Source of the DNA: a virus
UHGV virus genome: UHGV-1751350
Length of the DNA stretch: 10,738 nt
Reading direction: 5' to 3' (one strand)
Shown here: positions 1 through 7,313 of the stretch, in pieces
Numbering within the stretch: the first letter of the stretch is position 1
Layout of the letters: every line of letters begins with the position of its first letter
Program-made: the position numbers and the translations under genes
The notes under the pieces: generated by a model
The model's input: only the letters and a program-made list of their open reading frames with translations
Database searches by the model: none
Told to the model about the DNA's origin: nothing

Positions 1-1043
1 CGTTCGTCGGTGGCAGCCTGAAGCAGAGAGCCACCGACGAACGTCTGCATAAGCTGATCTCCACGCATCCCAATGGCTATATGACGCCGCAGGAGTTCTG
101 GGAGCTGGTGGTCACCTGTCTGTGCCTGCGGGGAAACTTTTACGCCTACAAAGTGAAAGCATTTGGCGAAGTGGCTGAACTGCTGCCCGTCGATCCCGGC
201 TGTGTGGTACCGAAGCTTAACAGTAGCTGGGAGCCGGTCTATCAGGTCACATTCCCGGATGGCTCCACGGATGTACTGAGCCAGGAGGATATCTGGCATG
301 TGCGCACGCTGACGCTGGACGGTCTGGTGGGACTGAATCCCGTCGCCTATGCCCGTGAGGCAATATCGCTGGCAGCTGCGACCGAAGAGCACGGGGCCGG
401 ACTGTTCAGCAATGGCGCGGTGACGTCGGGTGTGTTGCGTACAGAACAGACGCTGTCGGATCAGGCTTATGAGCGCCTGAAGAAAGATTTTGAGGAGCGT
501 CACACCGGGCTTGGTAATGCTCACCGCCCGATGATCCTTGAGATGGGGCTGGACTGGAAGTCGATGGCGCTGAACGCCGAGGACAGCCAGTTCCTGGAAA
601 CCCGCAAGTTTCAGCTTGAAGAAATCTGTCGTCTGTTCCGGGTGCCGTTGCACATGGTGCAGAACACCGATCGCGCCACCTTCAACAATATCGAAGAGCT
701 GGGGCTGGGATTTATCAACTATTCACTGGTGCCGTATCTGACCCGCATCGAACAGCGGATCAACACCGGACTGGTACGAAAAAGTAAGCAGGGCGTTTAT
801 TACGCCAAATTTAACGCCGGGGCGTTACTGCGCGGGGATATGAAGTCCCGTTTTGAAGCCTACGCCACCGGGATCAACTGGGGAATTTACTCTCCCAATG
901 ACTGCCGCGATCTGGAAGATATGAATCCGCGTCCCGGTGGTGATGTCTATCTCACACCGATGAACATGACCACGAAACCCTCCGATGGCAGTAAAGCCGG
1001 TAAGCAGAAGGATAACGCCAATGCAGACGAAACAACGTCTTGA
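1..1043 (+). CDS. Phage portal protein, HK97-like family; 5' end lies outside the window
   Basis: ORF track gives 81..1043, but the same frame is open back to the window start (first full codon at 3, no stop before 81), so the gene begins upstream. Size and position immediately upstream of the prohead protease and major capsid genes fit a portal. Family call is from recognition of the translated sequence, not a search. Confidence 0.75.
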   Translation, partial: FVGGSLKQRATDERLHKLISTHPNGYMTPQEFWELVVTCLCLRGNFYAYKVKAFGEVAELLPVDPGCVVPKLNSSWEPVYQVTFPDGSTDVLSQEDIWHVRTLTLDGLVGLNPVAYAREAISLAAATEEHGAGLFSNGAVTSGVLRTEQTLSDQAYERLKKDFEERHTGLGNAHRPMILEMGLDWKSMALNAEDSQFLETRKFQLEEICRLFRVPLHMVQNTDRATFNNIEELGLGFINYSLVPYLTRIEQRINTGLVRKSKQGVYYAKFNAGALLRGDMKSRFEAYATGINWGIYSPNDCRDLEDMNPRPGGDVYLTPMNMTTKPSDGSKAGKQKDNANADETTS

Positions 1044-1671
1044 TGTACCGCTGAGTCTGAAGTCTATCAGTGACTCCGGTGAGTTTGAAGGGTATGGCTC
1101 CGTCTTTGGTGTAAAGGACAGCCACGATGATGTGGTGATGTCCGGGGCATTTGCCGCCTCCCTGCGGGCGTGGAGTGACAGAAAAGCGTTACCTGCGCTG
1201 CTCTGGCAGCACCGCATGGATGAGCCCATCGGTGTTTACACCGAAATGAAGGAAGACGATGTCGGGCTTTACGTCAGGGGGCGGTTGCTCATTGATGATG
1301 ATCCCCTGGCAAAACGCGCACATGCACACATGAAGGCCGGTTCGTTAACCGGCCTTTCTATTGGGTACGTCCTGAAAGACTGGGAATACGACCGGACGAA
1401 AGAAGCCTTTCTGCTAAAAGAAATCGACCTCTGGGAAGTCAGTCTGGTGACGTTCCCGTCTAACGACGAGGCACGGATCAGCGACGTCAAGAACGCGCTG
1501 GCCCGCGGGGAAATCCCCGAACAGAAAAAAATCGAAAGAGTCCTGCGTGATGTCGGACTCTCCCGTACCCAGGCCAAAGCATTCATGGCCGGGGGCTATA
1601 GCGCACTGTCCCTGCGCGACGCTGAGGATGTGAGCTCTGCACTGAATGCACTGAAAAATCTGAACTTCTAA
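1021..1671 (+). CDS. Prohead maturation protease, HK97 family (peptidase S78/U35-like)
   Basis: Translation contains the segment EFEGYGSVFGVKDSHDDVVMSGAF, typical of HK97-type prohead proteases, and the gene sits between portal and capsid. The ORF track starts at ATG 985; I prefer ATG 1021 (MQTKQRLD...) because AAGGAT lies about 7 nt upstream, but 985 is possible. Either start overlaps the portal 3' end. Confidence 0.75.
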   Translation: MQTKQRLDVPLSLKSISDSGEFEGYGSVFGVKDSHDDVVMSGAFAASLRAWSDRKALPALLWQHRMDEPIGVYTEMKEDDVGLYVRGRLLIDDDPLAKRAHAHMKAGSLTGLSIGYVLKDWEYDRTKEAFLLKEIDLWEVSLVTFPSNDEARISDVKNALARGEIPEQKKIERVLRDVGLSRTQAKAFMAGGYSALSLRDAEDVSSALNALKNLNF

Positions 1672-1685
1672 TCAGGAGAAATACG

Positions 1686-2891
1686 ATGGCGGTAGATATT
1701 AAAGATGTCGAACAGGTCGCGCAGGAGCTGCAGCAGAAGTTTGACGACTTCAAAGCAAAGAACGACAAGCGCGTGGAGGCGATTGAGCAGGAAAAAGGCA
1801 AACTTGCCGGGCAGGTGGAAACCCTGAACGGAAAACTCAGCGAGCTGGAAAATCTCAAAAGCGACCTTGAAAAAGAGCTGCTTGAGCTGAAACGTCCGGC
1901 AGGTGGTGCGCAAAATAAACTGGCCACCGAGCATAAAGAGGCGTTTGTGGGTTTTCTGCGTAAAGGCCGTGAAGACGGTCTGCGCGATCTGGAGCGTAAG
2001 GCATTGCAGGTGGGCACCGATGAAGACGGTGGCTACGCCGTGCCGGAAGAACTGGATCGCAACATTCTCAACCTGCTGAAAGATGAAGTGGTGATGCGTC
2101 AGGAAGCCACGGTGATCACCGTTGGCGGTTCCGACTACAAAAAACTGGTGAATCTGGGCGGTACGGCTTCCGGATGGGTGGGGGAAACGGATACGCGATC
2201 CCAGACTGCCACCTCCAGACTGGAGCTGATTGAACCTCTCATGGGGGAAATCTACGGTAACCCGCAGGCCACCCAGAAAATGCTGGACGATGCCTTTTTC
2301 AACGTGGAGGCCTGGATCAACAGCGAGCTGGCAACCGAATTTGCCGAACAGGAAGAAATTGCCTTTACCTCCGGCGATGGCACCAAGAAGCCAAAAGGGT
2401 TCCTGGCGTATGAATCCACCGATGAAACCGATAAGGTCCGGGCGTTCGGCAAACTTCAGCATATTGTATCCGGCGAAGCGACGGCGGTGACCGCAGACGC
2501 CATTATCAAACTGATTTACACGCTGCGTAAGGCACACCGCACTGGCGCGAAATTCATGATGAACAACAACAGCCTGTTTGCCATCCGTCTGCTGAAAGAC
2601 AGCGAGGGTAACTATCTGTGGCGTCCGGGGCTGGAACTGGGGCAGCCGTCCTCTCTGGCGGGTTACGGTATCGCTGAAAACGAACAGATGCCGGATATCG
2701 CCGCTGATGCGAAAGCCATTGCATTTGGTAACTTCAAACGGGGTTACACCATCGTTGACCGTATCGGCACCCGCATTCTGCGTGACCCGTACACCAATAA
2801 ACCGTTTGTCGGTTTTTATACCACCAAGCGCACCGGCGGGATGCTGGTCGATTCGCAGGCCATCAAACTGCTGAAGATTGCAGCGGCGTAA
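1686..2891 (+). CDS. Major capsid protein, HK97 fold, with an N-terminal coiled-coil delta (scaffold-like) domain
   Basis: 401-aa ORF with AGGAG about 8 nt upstream of the ATG. The N-terminal ~100 aa are strongly charged and heptad-like (KFDDFKAKNDKRVEAIEQEKGKLAGQVETLNGKLSELENLKSDLEKELLELK), as in the HK97 gp5 delta domain. Position directly after the protease and absence of a separate scaffold gene fit this. Confidence 0.85.
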   Translation: MAVDIKDVEQVAQELQQKFDDFKAKNDKRVEAIEQEKGKLAGQVETLNGKLSELENLKSDLEKELLELKRPAGGAQNKLATEHKEAFVGFLRKGREDGLRDLERKALQVGTDEDGGYAVPEELDRNILNLLKDEVVMRQEATVITVGGSDYKKLVNLGGTASGWVGETDTRSQTATSRLELIEPLMGEIYGNPQATQKMLDDAFFNVEAWINSELATEFAEQEEIAFTSGDGTKKPKGFLAYESTDETDKVRAFGKLQHIVSGEATAVTADAIIKLIYTLRKAHRTGAKFMMNNNSLFAIRLLKDSEGNYLWRPGLELGQPSSLAGYGIAENEQMPDIAADAKAIAFGNFKRGYTIVDRIGTRILRDPYTNKPFVGFYTTKRTGGMLVDSQAIKLLKIAAA

Positions 2892-2897
2892 TCACTC

Positions 2898-2919
2898 AGG
2901 GGCGCGGAACCGCGCCCCT
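2898..2919 (+). terminator. GC-rich perfect hairpin just downstream of the capsid gene; candidate partial (attenuating) intrinsic terminator or RNA stability element
   Basis: AGGGGCGCGG at 2898-2907 and CCGCGCCCCT at 2910-2919 are exact reverse complements (10-bp stem, 2-nt AA loop). It is followed by GTTCTG, only a weak U-tract, so full termination is uncertain. Confidence 0.4.
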
Positions 2920-2939
2920 GTTCTGACGGGTGAAGAATC

Positions 2940-3140
2940 ATGATCCTGAAACAAGATCTGAAATGGTCACCGGACGGTATGCGTGTTGAGGTCATTCGGG
3001 CCGGTGAGTATGACGACGGGGCGCTTCCTGCCCGGGTGCAGGAGATTGCACTTCAGGCTGGGTTAGCAGAGCGCGGAATCAGTACAAAAAGCAGTAAAGC
3101 GGCAAAAGAGAAAAAAGCCACGACCAGTAAAGAGGGCTGA
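2940..3140 (+). CDS. Hypothetical small protein (66 aa) with a Lys/Ser/Thr-rich C-terminal tail
   Basis: ORF on the operon strand between the capsid hairpin and the head-tail connector gene. Its 3' end supplies the RBS (AAAGAGGG) for the next gene. Its own RBS is weak (GAAG). No family recognised. Confidence 0.4.
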   Translation: MILKQDLKWSPDGMRVEVIRAGEYDDGALPARVQEIALQAGLAERGISTKSSKAAKEKKATTSKEG

Positions 3141-3142
3141 GT

Positions 3143-3463
3143 ATGCTTCTGACAATGGAAGAGATTAAAGCCCAACTCCGGCTGGATGAGGATTTCGATG
3201 CTGATGACCGCCATCTGCAACTGCTGGCCTGTGCGGCGCAAAAGCGGACGGAAACGTATCTGAACCGGAAGCTCTATGCACCGGATGAAACCATTCCGGA
3301 CAGCGATCCGGACGGGCTGCACCTGCCGGATGATATTCGTCTGGGGATGCTGATGCTTATCAGCCATTTTTACGAAAACCGCTCGTCGGTTACGGAAGTG
3401 GAGAAACTCGACATGCCGCAGAGTTTTGGCTGGCTTGTCGGCCGGAACGTAACCGGGTATTGA
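3143..3463 (+). CDS. Head-tail connector protein (phage gp6-like)
   Basis: 106-aa acidic protein (MEEIKAQLRLDEDFDADD...), typical in size, composition and position (first gene after the capsid region) of gp6-like head-tail connectors. RBS AGAGGG upstream. Confidence 0.65.
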   Translation: MLLTMEEIKAQLRLDEDFDADDRHLQLLACAAQKRTETYLNRKLYAPDETIPDSDPDGLHLPDDIRLGMLMLISHFYENRSSVTEVEKLDMPQSFGWLVGRNVTGY

Positions 3464-3840
3464 TGCTCCTGCCGGACCCCGGTGAACTGAATAAACGCGT
3501 CCTGATCCGCCAGCGGGTGGATATGCCCGCGGATAACTTTGGCGTGGAGCATCAATACCCGGTTACGTTCCGGACATGGGCGAAGGTTATCCAGACCAGT
3601 GCCACCACCTGGCAGGAAACCGCGCAGACTGGAGACGCCATCACCCATTACATCACCATTCGCTACCGCCGGGGGATCACCGCTGATTATGAGGTGGTCT
3701 GCGGTGACAGTGTGTACCGGGTGAAACGTCAGCGCGATCTGAACGGGGCGCGGCGCTTTCTGCTGCTGGAGTGTACGGAACTGGGCGAATTTACGCAGAG
3801 TCACGGAGGCAGCAATGGCGACTCCCTTTTTTCACGTTGA
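3460..3840 (+). CDS. Head closure / head-tail adaptor protein (SPP1 gp16-like family)
   Basis: 126-aa ORF whose ATG overlaps the upstream stop (ATGATG/TGA overlap at 3460-3463). Size and position after the gp6-like connector match head closure proteins. Family call is from recognition only. Confidence 0.6.
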   Translation: MMLLPDPGELNKRVLIRQRVDMPADNFGVEHQYPVTFRTWAKVIQTSATTWQETAQTGDAITHYITIRYRRGITADYEVVCGDSVYRVKRQRDLNGARRFLLLECTELGEFTQSHGGSNGDSLFSR

Positions 3841-4321
3841 TGTTCAGCAGCCCGCGGAGATGCGCTTTAACCGCGCCCGTGTCCGGCGGGCGTTTGTCAC
3901 GATTGGGCAGCGTCATATGCGTGATGCCCGTCGGCTGGTGATGCGCCGTGCGCGGTCGGCACCGGGTGAAAATCCCGGTTATCAGACCGGACGTCTGGCT
4001 CGTTCGATTGGTTACATGGTGCCGAGAGCCAGTAAAAAGCGAGCCGGTTTTATGACACGCATTGCCCCTAACCAGCGCAACGGGAAGGGGAACCGGATGA
4101 TCTCTGGTGACTTCTATCCGGCGTTTCTGTTTTTTGGTGTCCGGGGAGGAGCAAAACGTCGTCGTAGCCATCATCGTGGTGCATCCGGTGGCAGCGGCTG
4201 GCGGCTGGCTCCACGTAATAACTTTATGGTGGAAACTCTTGAAAAGAACCGCAGCTGGACACGCTATTTTCTGGCGCGGGAATTGCGTAAATCACTGAAG
4301 CCGGAGCGACGACACAGATGA
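3815..4321 (+). CDS. Neck / tail-completion protein, possibly HK97 gp10-like
   Basis: 168-aa basic ORF with GGAGG 5-9 nt upstream of ATG 3815; overlaps the previous gene by 26 nt. Position between head closure and tail genes suggests a neck component; the family assignment is tentative. Confidence 0.45.
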   Translation: MATPFFHVDVQQPAEMRFNRARVRRAFVTIGQRHMRDARRLVMRRARSAPGENPGYQTGRLARSIGYMVPRASKKRAGFMTRIAPNQRNGKGNRMISGDFYPAFLFFGVRGGAKRRRSHHRGASGGSGWRLAPRNNFMVETLEKNRSWTRYFLARELRKSLKPERRHR

Positions 4322-4878
4322 AACTGACGCCTGTTATTGCTGCGCTGCGTGCCCGCTGCCCGTATTTTGAAAACCGGGTGGCAGGCGCGGCACAGTTCAA
4401 AAATCTGCCGGAGGTCGGAAAGCTGAGACTCCCGGCGGCGTATGTGGTACCGGGTGATGACTCTCCGGGAGAAAACAAAAGCCAGACCGACTACTGGCAG
4501 GAGCTGAAAGAGGGCTTCTCCGTGGTTGTCATACTGAGTAACGGGCGTGATGAGCGCGGTCAGTTTGCCTCGTATGATGTGGTGGACGATGTCCGGCAGA
4601 TGCTCTTTAAGGCTCTGCTGGGCTGGAACCCGGAAGCGTGCGGTAACCCGATTACCTATGACGGCGGCACGCTGCTGGATCTGAATCGTCATGAGCTGAT
4701 TTATCAGTTCGATTTTTCGGTCATCAGCGAGCTGACCGAAGACGATACCCGCCAGCAGGATGACCTGAACAGTCTGGATGAACTGCGAACGCTGGCGATT
4801 GATGTTGATTATCTCGATCCCGGTAACGGGCCTGACGGCGATATCGAACATCACACCGAAATAACCCTTCCTTCCTGA
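4318..4878 (+). CDS. Phage neck/tail-terminator-like protein (Mu gp37-like, DUF1834-type)
   Basis: 186-aa acidic ORF with ATGA overlap to the upstream gene, lying just upstream of the sheath module. Resemblance to Mu-type gp37 proteins is from memory, not a search. Confidence 0.45.
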   Translation: MKLTPVIAALRARCPYFENRVAGAAQFKNLPEVGKLRLPAAYVVPGDDSPGENKSQTDYWQELKEGFSVVVILSNGRDERGQFASYDVVDDVRQMLFKALLGWNPEACGNPITYDGGTLLDLNRHELIYQFDFSVISELTEDDTRQQDDLNSLDELRTLAIDVDYLDPGNGPDGDIEHHTEITLPS

Positions 4879-4886
4879 GGATCCTC

Positions 4887-5057
4887 ATGTTTGTGAAACC
4901 TGTTAAAGGGCGGTCAGTGCCTGACCCTGCCCGCGGCGACCTTTTGCCCGCCGAAGGGCGAAATGTTGACGAGAACAACTACTGGCTGCGCCGTGAAGCA
5001 GCGGGTGATATCCGGCGCGTGAATAAAAAGGTGAATACCGATGACGATAAGCTTTAA
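4887..5057 (+). CDS. Small conserved phage protein (56 aa; DUF2635-like) immediately upstream of the tail sheath
   Basis: Not in the supplied ORF track (short). I translated it by hand as MFVKPVKGRSVPDPARGDLLPAEGRNVDENNYWLRREAAGDIRRVNKKVNTDDDKL*. GAGGA lies about 7 nt upstream of the ATG, and its 3' end overlaps the sheath start by 17 nt. A small gene at this position is common in Mu-like tail modules. Confidence 0.5.
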   Translation: MFVKPVKGRSVPDPARGDLLPAEGRNVDENNYWLRREAAGDIRRVNKKVNTDDDKL

Positions 5058-6545
5058 CACCATTCCGTCGAATACGCTGGTTCCGCTGTTTTATGCGGAA
5101 ATGGATAACCAGGCTGCGAATACTGCACAGGACAGCGGAGCATCGCTGCTGATTGGTCATGCCAATAACGGTGCAGAGATTGTTGCCAACAGTCTGGTGC
5201 TGATGCCGTCGGCAGACTATGCATGCCAGATTTGTGGTGCGGGAAGTCAGCTGGCGCGTATGGTCGAGGCTTATCGCCAGACCGACCCGTTTGGTGAGCT
5301 GTATGTGATTGCCGTTCCTGAATCCACGGGCGCGGCGGCAACGGTTACGCTGACGGTGACTGGAGCAGCAACCGAAAGCGGCACGGTGAATGTTTATGTG
5401 GGACGTACCCGCGTGCAGGCACCGGTGACCAACGGCGATAACGTCACGACGATTGCCAGCAGTATCCAGGATGCCATCAATGCCGTTCCGACCCTGCCGT
5501 TTACGGCCTCATCTTCGGCAGGCGTGGTCACGCTGACCGCGCGTCATAAGGGGCTTTGCGGGAATGAAATTCCTGTCAGCCTCAATTACTACGGCTTTGG
5601 TGGTGGCGAAGTGCTGCCAGCGGGTGTACAGATTGCTGTGGCGACGGGTACCGCCGGAACGGGCGCTCCGGTTCTCACCGGCGCGGTGGCTGCAATGGCG
5701 GATGAGCCGTTTGATTATATCGGCCTGCCGTTCAACGACACGGCCTCCGTTAACACGCTGGTGACCGAGATGAACGATACCAGCGGTCGCTGGAGCTATG
5801 CGCGTCAGCTGTATGGTCATGTGTATACGGCAAAGATCGGCACGCTGTCAGAACTGGTGACCGCAGGTGACCAGTTTAACCAGCAGCACATTACCCTGGC
5901 GGGATACGAAAAAGACACCCAGACGCCTGCCGACGAGCTGGCGGCCACCGCGCCGGTGAGACCGCCCGCGCAGCGGTGTTTATTCGCAACGATCCGGCAC
6001 GTCCCACGCAGACCGGTGAGCTGGTGGGTATGCTGCCTGCGCCGAAGGGGAAACGGTTCACGATGACAGAACAACAGACCCTGCTGTCTCATGGCGTGGC
6101 AACGGCGTATGTCGAAAGCGGGGTGCTGCGCATTCAGCGTGATGTCACCACGTACAGGGAAAATGCTTACGGGGTTGCGGATAACAGCTACCTCGACAGC
6201 GAGACGCTGCATACCAGTGCGTATGTACTGCGCAAACTGAAATCCGTCATTACCAGTAAGTACGGGCGTCACAAGCTTGCCAGCGACGGTACCCGCTTTG
6301 GTCCCGGTCAGGCGATTGTCACCCCGGCGGTGATCAAAGGGGAACTGCTGGCAACCTACCGTCAGCTCGAGCGTGCGGGCATCGTGGAAAACTACGAACT
6401 GTTTAAGCAGTACCTGGTTGTGGAGCGTGATGCCAGCGATCCAAATCGCCTGAACACGCTGTTCCCGCCTGACTATGTTAACCAGCTGCGTGTCTTTGCC
6501 GTGGTTAACCAGTTCCGTCTTCAGTATTCAGAGGAGTCCGCATAA
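5041..6545 (+). pseudogene. Contractile tail sheath protein (Mu gpL-like), reading frame interrupted by a frameshift in this sequence
   Basis: Two overlapping ORFs in different frames (5041..6066 and 5976..6545) together span 1505 nt, one nucleotide short of a multiple of three. The first ORF's last ~35 aa (…PVRPPAQRCLFATIRHVPRRPVSWWVCCLRRRGNGSR) are Arg/Cys/Trp-rich and look out-of-frame. The second frame is open from 5880 and reads as plausible protein (…GETARAAVFIRNDPARPTQTGELVGMLPAPKGKRFTMTEQQ…). Together they give a ~500-aa sheath directly upstream of the tube gene. Confidence 0.6.
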
Positions 6546-6901
6546 TGGCCCGTATCGGGGGAACCTGTTATTTCAAGATTGACGGTCAGCAGCTATCGCT
6601 GACCGGCGGCATTGAGGTGCCCATGAACAAAACGGTTAATGATGACATCATCGGTCTGGACGGTTCAGTGGACCGCAAGGAAACTCACCGTGCACCTTAT
6701 GTCAAAGGGACCTTCAAGGTACCGAAGAATTTTCCGGTGAGCAAAATCACCTCGTCTGATGAGATGACCATCACTGCCGAGCTGGCGAACGGTCAGGTCT
6801 ATGTATTGTCGTCAGCCTGGCTGCACGGCGAAGCGAACCATAATGCCGAAGAAGGCACGGTCGATATTGAATTTCACGGTGAAGAAGGGGATTACCAGTG
6901 A
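6545..6901 (+). CDS. Tail tube protein (Mu gpM-like)
   Basis: 118-aa ORF immediately after the sheath (TAATG overlap at 6543-6547) with GAGGAG upstream. Size and position are typical of a contractile-tail tube protein. Confidence 0.75.
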   Translation: MARIGGTCYFKIDGQQLSLTGGIEVPMNKTVNDDIIGLDGSVDRKETHRAPYVKGTFKVPKNFPVSKITSSDEMTITAELANGQVYVLSSAWLHGEANHNAEEGTVDIEFHGEEGDYQ

Positions 6902-7221
6902 TTGAGCTTGTACTTAAAAAACCGATCATCGCCCACAAAGAAACACTGCATGTGTTGGAAATACGTGAGCCTACGTATGACGAGATTGAGGCGCTGGGGT
7001 TCCCTTTCTCTGTTTCGCCTGATGGTGGTATGAAAATGGACAGTCAGGTGGCGCTGAAATATATCCCGCTTCTGGCCGGGATCCCGCGCTCGTCTGCAGC
7101 GCAGATGACGAAGCTGGATATTTTCAAGGCAGGCATGATTGTAATGCGTTTTTTTACCGGCTTGGAGACGGAAGAGACCTCAGGAAGCGATTCTACAATG
7201 TCGCGTGGTTCTGGAAATTAA
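6898..7221 (+). CDS. Tail assembly chaperone, short form (lambda G / P2 E analogue)
   Basis: 107-aa ORF between the tube and tape measure genes, the conserved position of the tail assembly chaperone. GTGA start/stop overlap with the tube gene. Contains a T7 run in frame. Confidence 0.65.
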   Translation: MIELVLKKPIIAHKETLHVLEIREPTYDEIEALGFPFSVSPDGGMKMDSQVALKYIPLLAGIPRSSAAQMTKLDIFKAGMIVMRFFTGLETEETSGSDSTMSRGSGN

Positions 7222-7313
7222 ACCCACTTGAACTTCGCCGGACGGCTATTTCCCACTTTGCTGATCTGGAGGCAGAGGCCGTCCGTATAAATGAGGAGAT
7301 GAAGCATGGCTGA
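6898..7313 (+). CDS. Tail assembly chaperone, predicted -1 frameshift-extended long form (lambda G-T / P2 E+E' analogue)
   Basis: The zero frame reads cgT TTT TTT Acc across the T run at 7149-7155. After a -1 slip the new frame stays open from 7155 to a TGA at 7311-7313, overlapping the tape measure start at 7306. Hand translation of the extension: YRLGDGRDLRKRFYNVAWFWKLNPLELRRTAISHFADLEAEAVRINEEMKHG*. Predicted fusion is about 138 aa. Confidence 0.45.
7149..7155 (+). other. Candidate -1 programmed ribosomal frameshift slippery heptamer (T TTT TTT)
   Basis: Seven consecutive T in the chaperone coding frame, with an open -1 frame downstream that runs to the tape measure start. Confidence 0.45.

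Noticed and set aside
825-2017. Minus-strand ORFs 825..1229, 1269..1586 and 1583..2017
   Set aside because: All are antisense to the portal, protease and capsid genes, with Ser/Arg/Cys-rich low-complexity translations. Shadow ORFs.
2230-2490. + strand ORF 2230..2490 and minus ORF 2252..2452 inside the capsid gene
   Set aside because: Alternate-frame ORFs within the major capsid coding region; Pro/Arg/Trp-rich translations typical of out-of-frame reads.
1668-2537. 289-aa ORF on the minus strand, antisense to the major capsid gene
   Set aside because: It lies entirely inside a confidently assigned + strand gene. Its translation is rich in Phe, Gln, Leu, Arg, His and Cys, as expected for the antisense of a GC-biased coding region, and has no plausible start context. 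Shadow ORF.
3370-4174. Minus-strand ORFs 3370..3804 and 3791..4174, and + ORFs 3539..3724 and 4107..4298
   Set aside because: All are embedded in or antisense to coupled head-tail joining genes. No independent signals. Shadow or alternate-frame ORFs.
4264-4854. 196-aa minus-strand ORF antisense to the gp37-like gene
   Set aside because: It fully overlaps a + strand gene that is translationally coupled to its neighbours. No RBS and non-protein-like composition. Shadow ORF.
5041-6066. Treating 5041..6066 (341 aa) and 5976..6545 (189 aa) as two separate intact genes
   Set aside because: The last ~35 aa of the first ORF look like out-of-frame read-through, the second lacks an independent RBS, and together they reconstitute one sheath-sized protein. 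Better explained as one frameshifted gene.
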